From NCBI GenBank assembly GCA_965221795.1, contig OZ244914.1, forward strand, positions 2,112,974 through 2,176,973: a stretch of 64,000 bases of DNA, read 5' to 3'. The translations under genes and the position numbers were made by a program. Shown in pieces: positions 59,959 through 64,000 of this stretch. The notes under the pieces were generated by a model. The model did no database searches. It saw only the letters and a list, made by a program, of their open reading frames with translations, and was not told the origin of the DNA. The DNA is from Candidatus Poriferihabitaceae bacterium. Its GTDB lineage: Bacteria > Pseudomonadota > Gammaproteobacteria > Arenicellales > Poriferihabitantaceae. Each line of letters starts with the position of its first letter. The stretch's first letter is position 1.

Positions 59959-61590
59959 ATGAAAGACAAGATTTCCCCAAAAATGACTCCAGGTGCACTG
60001 GAGTATTCTGACCTATCTACGTATGACAAGGGCTTGGTCGATAGAGCACTGAAAAGTGGTCATAGCCGCCGAGATGTGCTCAAGCTAATGGCACTGACTG
60101 GCGTTTCCTTGGCAACCGCGCAAAATCTGCTGGCCACGGGCGGCCAGGCTATGGCAGCCACTCCCAAGCGGGGCGGTTCGGTTCGGATGGCATCCAACCT
60201 GCATGGCCCGGATGACCAACTGGATCCTCCTCGCTTTACCTCTACCATCGACTACACCCGGGGTCGCGCCCTCTATAACGGCCTGGTCCAGCACAATAAT
60301 GACCTGACCACACGGGGTGAACTTGCGGAAACGATTGAGCCGAACGCGAATGCGAGCGAGTGGACCCTGAAACTGCGCAAGGGGGTGGAGTTTCACGATG
60401 GCACACCGTTTACCGCCGATGATGTGATCTACAGCATGAACCGCCATATGGGTGAAGAGTCCACTTCGGTCGTCAAATCTGTTTTGGCCTCAATTCAGGA
60501 GTGGAAAAAAGTCAACTCCCATGAAGTGAAGTGTATTCTGAATACTCCGAACTCGGACCTGCCAACGCTGCTGGGCATTTTCCAGACCAAAATCGTCAAA
60601 AACGGGACTACTGGCGACGGAATCGGTACCGGCCCTTACAAGCTGGATTCTTTTGAGCCCGGTGTGAAGTCGGTTCATTCTCGGAACGAAAACTACTGGC
60701 GTGAAGGTGGATGGCTCGACAATATTGAGATTACCGCTATTACGGATCCGGTGGCTCGCGTCAATGCTCTGATCGCCGGGGATGTACAAATGGCAACGAT
60801 CATTGAACCCAAGGCATTCCGTCAGGTCGAGGCAGCCAGTGGAGTGACCTTGTTGTCTACCCCGGCGGCCCTGCAGGTGAGTATTTGTTGCCTGAAAAAT
60901 GCCGAGCCGGGGATGAATGACGATTTTGTAAAGGGGTTGCAATACATTCAGGACCGCGAGCGGGTGGTCAACAAGATCCTCAAGGGCAAGGGCTCGGTCG
61001 GCAATGACATGCCGGTCTCGAAGGCGCATGGGCCGGACTTCTGCAGTGAACTGCCACAGCGTGAATTCGACCCCGACAAAGCCAAGTACCATTTCGAAAA
61101 ATCCGGATACGACACGGCGGAACTCTACGTGGCCCCGGTCGCGGCCGGCATTGAGGAGGCCTGCCTGCTGGCACAGGCCAACTGTGCCAAGATCGGTTTT
61201 GATCTCAAGTTGAAGAAGGTCCCGACTGATGGCTACTGGGGTGCGGTCTGGATGAAAGAGCCTCTGAACGTGGTGACCTGGAACATGCGTCCCACGGCAC
61301 AATCTCAGATGGCTATCCAATTCGGGCCACGTGCCTCCTGGAATGATACCTTCTGGGATAATGAACGGATGGGCGTATTGTTGCAGGAGGTCCTGTCCGA
61401 GACGGATCCGGACAAGCGCCATGCGATGATGTGTGAAATGCAGACGCTGATCCACAATAACAGCGGGATCGTTACGCCGGCATTCTCCAACATCAATGAT
61501 GGGGTGGCTGATAATATCATGGGAATTCCAACGGTACCGCTGGGTCAGTTGGGTGCCTGTGAATGGCCGGAGTTTGCCTGGATTGCCTGA
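59959..61590 (+). CDS. ABC transporter substrate-binding protein, family 5 (Tat-exported)
   Basis: SRRDVLK twin-arginine signal; LRKGVEFHDG, IGTGPYKL. Confidence 0.9.
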   Translation: MKDKISPKMTPGALEYSDLSTYDKGLVDRALKSGHSRRDVLKLMALTGVSLATAQNLLATGGQAMAATPKRGGSVRMASNLHGPDDQLDPPRFTSTIDYTRGRALYNGLVQHNNDLTTRGELAETIEPNANASEWTLKLRKGVEFHDGTPFTADDVIYSMNRHMGEESTSVVKSVLASIQEWKKVNSHEVKCILNTPNSDLPTLLGIFQTKIVKNGTTGDGIGTGPYKLDSFEPGVKSVHSRNENYWREGGWLDNIEITAITDPVARVNALIAGDVQMATIIEPKAFRQVEAASGVTLLSTPAALQVSICCLKNAEPGMNDDFVKGLQYIQDRERVVNKILKGKGSVGNDMPVSKAHGPDFCSELPQREFDPDKAKYHFEKSGYDTAELYVAPVAAGIEEACLLAQANCAKIGFDLKLKKVPTDGYWGAVWMKEPLNVVTWNMRPTAQSQMAIQFGPRASWNDTFWDNERMGVLLQEVLSETDPDKRHAMMCEMQTLIHNNSGIVTPAFSNINDGVADNIMGIPTVPLGQLGACEWPEFAWIA

Positions 61591-61620
61591 TCGCTAGGGC
61601 CCGGGATCAAGGAATGGGGG

Positions 61621-61653
61621 AGGCCTGCACCGGACCGTGCAGGCCTCTTTATT
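61621..61653 (+). terminator. Intercistronic stem-loop / intrinsic terminator after the SBP gene
   Basis: AGGCCTGCAC-6 nt-GTGCAGGCCT followed by CTTTATT. Confidence 0.6.
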
Positions 61654-61701
61654 GACTTGGATTAATCCGGATAAGGAAGTCAGTTCCAGAGGAATCCGAT
61701 A

Positions 61702-62652
61702 ATGATGATTCAGATGGTGTTGCGCCGCATATGGATTGGTGCGGCGACCATGGTGGTGGTTTCGGTCATTGTGTTCGTCATGACCAGTATCCTGCCTGGG
61801 GATGTGGCCCAAATTGTATTGGGTCAGAGTGCCACCCCCGAAACCTTGGCGGCGCTACGAAAGGAGCTGGGTCTGGACCAGCCGTCGTATATCCGTTACT
61901 TCCTCTGGCTGGGCGATATGATGACCGGAGATCTCGGCACTTCCAAGGCGGGTGGGGCGGCGATTGCTGACCTCATCGGAGGGCGTTTCGGCAATACCAT
62001 GATGCTGGCCGGGCTGGTGGCGGCCATCTCGATTCCGATTTCCATTTTTTTGGGACTGTGGGCGGCCATGCATCCCGGTACCTGGTTGGACCGGACGGTC
62101 ACGTTCGGTACCCTGGCCACGATTTCGGTTCCTGAGTTTTTTATCGCGACCATCATGGTACTGGTGCTTGCCGTTCAACTGCACTGGTTGCCTTCGACAG
62201 CAATGATGCGGGACAACATGACCTTCCTGGAGCTCCTGCGTGGTTTGGCGATGCCGATCATTACCCTGGTGATTGTGGTCTCGGCACAGATGATTCGCAT
62301 GACCCGCGCCGGGATTCTGAATGTGATGAGTTCGCCCTATATCGAAATGGCGATTCTCAAAGGAGTCCCGCGGCGGAGAATTATTTTGCGTCATGCGTTT
62401 CTCAATGCCATCGGCCCCATCATCAATGTGATTGCCCTGAACCTTGCCTACCTGGTCAGCGGTGTGGTCATTGTGGAGACCATTTTTGCCTTTCCGGGGC
62501 TCGCCAAGCTGATGATTGACGGGGTGCAGACCCGAGACCTGCCATTGGTGCAGGCCTGTGCGATGATTTTCTGTGGCACCTATGTCATCCTGATACTAAT
62601 TGCGGATATTGGATCCATTGTATCCAACCCGCGCCTTCGTCACCCGAAGTGA
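61702..62652 (+). CDS. Peptide/opine ABC permease (DppB-like)
   Basis: LPGDVA..VLG, LGLDQP...RY..W, SVPEF, EAA loop YIEMAILKG. Confidence 0.9.
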   Translation: MMIQMVLRRIWIGAATMVVVSVIVFVMTSILPGDVAQIVLGQSATPETLAALRKELGLDQPSYIRYFLWLGDMMTGDLGTSKAGGAAIADLIGGRFGNTMMLAGLVAAISIPISIFLGLWAAMHPGTWLDRTVTFGTLATISVPEFFIATIMVLVLAVQLHWLPSTAMMRDNMTFLELLRGLAMPIITLVIVVSAQMIRMTRAGILNVMSSPYIEMAILKGVPRRRIILRHAFLNAIGPIINVIALNLAYLVSGVVIVETIFAFPGLAKLMIDGVQTRDLPLVQACAMIFCGTYVILILIADIGSIVSNPRLRHPK

Positions 62653-62664
62653 GGAGGAACAGAA

Positions 62665-63594
62665 ATGAATGAACCGGAAACCCAAGCGGCAGAAATCGGT
62701 CAGGATATCGTGGAGAAACTGGACCAGTTCGATGAACTTCCAGATGCACCACCCAAACGCAAACTGAAGCTTTCCTGGGTAGGCAAGATCTCGACCGCGG
62801 TGGTGGTTTTCTGGGTAGTCATTGCGGCTATTGGTCCCTGGATTGCCCCATTCCACGAAATGGACATGGATGGGGATGACAGTTTCCTGGATGCCCATAC
62901 CAATGAATATGGCACCTTCTATTTGGGTACGGACTACTTGGGCCGGGATACATTCTCCCGCATTATTTGGGGAGCTCGTATGACCATTGGCATTTCCCTC
63001 GCCTCCACGTTGCTGGCATATCTGGTCGGCATCACACTGGGAATCGCGGCTGCCGTGAAGGGGGGGTGGGTGGACATGGTGATCAGTCGGATCAACGACG
63101 CGGTCTTATCCCTGCCGTCGATCATGTTGGGTCTGATTGCCATTGCAGCATTTGGCTCTTCTATTCCTATCCTGGTCGCGATTGCCGGGATTATCTATGC
63201 TTCCAGTGTGTTCCGGATTGCCCGTGCTTTGGGTCTCGACATCATGGTGCAGGACTATGTGGAGGCGGCCCGGGTGCGGGGCGAAGGACTCTGGTGGATT
63301 ATCCGATCAGAGGTGCTGCCCAACGCGGCCATGCCACTGGCGACAGACTTCGGACTGCGTTTGGTCTTTGTGGTGCTGTTCATCTCCAGTCTGAGCTTCT
63401 TGGGACTGGGCGTACAACCTCCCCAGGCCGACTGGGGCAGCATGGTCCGGGAAAATCTGGCAGGCCTGACCTACAACTCCTGGGCAGCCGTTTGGCCAGC
63501 CTTTTCCATTGCCACATTCACCATCGCCATCAACCTGATTGTCGATGACATTTCGGCTAAATCGGGCGGCAGTCTGGCGAAAAAAATGGTATAG
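62665..63594 (+). CDS. Peptide/opine ABC permease (DppC-like)
   Basis: LGTDYLGRD.FSR, YVEAARVRG, LSFLGLGVQPPQADWG. Confidence 0.9.
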   Translation: MNEPETQAAEIGQDIVEKLDQFDELPDAPPKRKLKLSWVGKISTAVVVFWVVIAAIGPWIAPFHEMDMDGDDSFLDAHTNEYGTFYLGTDYLGRDTFSRIIWGARMTIGISLASTLLAYLVGITLGIAAAVKGGWVDMVISRINDAVLSLPSIMLGLIAIAAFGSSIPILVAIAGIIYASSVFRIARALGLDIMVQDYVEAARVRGEGLWWIIRSEVLPNAAMPLATDFGLRLVFVVLFISSLSFLGLGVQPPQADWGSMVRENLAGLTYNSWAAVWPAFSIATFTIAINLIVDDISAKSGGSLAKKMV

Positions 63595-63597
63595 CCG

Positions 63598-64000
63598 ATG
63601 AGTATACATCCAACAGAAAAATTGCTGGAGGTCAAGGATCTCCGCATCAGTGCCTATACTGACGAGAAGCAGGAAGTGCCCATCGTCAAGGGCGTCACCT
63701 TCGACCTTTTCAAGGGTCAAGTAGTGGCTCTGATCGGGGAGTCGGGTTCCGGCAAAACCACCATCTCCCTGGCATCGCTGTCCTATACCAAACCGGGCCT
63801 TGAGTTTACCGGTGGGGAGGTGCGGTTGAACGGTGAGGATGTGCTGACGGCTTCCCCTCAAAGGCAACGGGAGATTCGGGGGGCCAGTGTGGCGTATCTT
63901 GCGCAAAGTGCGGCAGCGACGTTCAATCCGGCCATCACCATTGGGGAGCAGGTGACCGAATCAGCCGTCCTCCATGGCCTGCTGGGCCAGCAAGAGGCTA
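63598..64000 (+). CDS. ABC transporter ATP-binding protein, truncated by the window edge
   Basis: LLEVKDL, IVKGVTFDL, Walker [10 protein letters not shown]. Confidence 0.88.
   Translation, partial: MSIHPTEKLLEVKDLRISAYTDEKQEVPIVKGVTFDLFKGQVVALIGESGSGKTTISLASLSYTKPGLEFTGGEVRLNGEDVLTASPQRQREIRGASVAYLAQSAAATFNPAITIGEQVTESAVLHGLLGQQEA

Overview
Bacterial chromosomal segment with a gammaproteobacterial core: moeA/moaC, yejABEF, dolP-like BON, lpoA, rsmI, rnpB, mrcA, pxpABC and a peptide ABC operon. The marine or host-associated lifestyle is inferred from gene content only. The main result is a compact five-gene sterol biosynthesis operon (4088-12341): 3beta-HSD-like SDR, Rieske oxygenase, ERG4/ERG24-type reductase, CYP51, and one 1164-aa squalene epoxidase-oxidosqualene cyclase fusion. 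It is followed by a LolA-like protein, a second P450 among IS debris and an outer-membrane barrel-like protein, which together are a candidate lipid modification/export module. The accessory part holds four decayed IS30-like copies, each directly upstream of a co-oriented gene; two of them form hybrid -35/-10 promoters at their target duplication. It also holds a decayed IS1595 with an 8-bp TSD, an AbiEi/AbiEii type IV TA operon with two perfect tandem palindromes upstream, and a lipidated subtilisin autotransporter. A 948-bp transposase-less TIR/TSD-bounded cassette lies between rsmI and rnpB and carries a secreted-protein gene with a C14 tract in its signal-peptide region. A DddP-like M24 enzyme is also present. 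No tRNA, rRNA or CRISPR array was seen. All family calls come from motif recognition by eye, not database searches.
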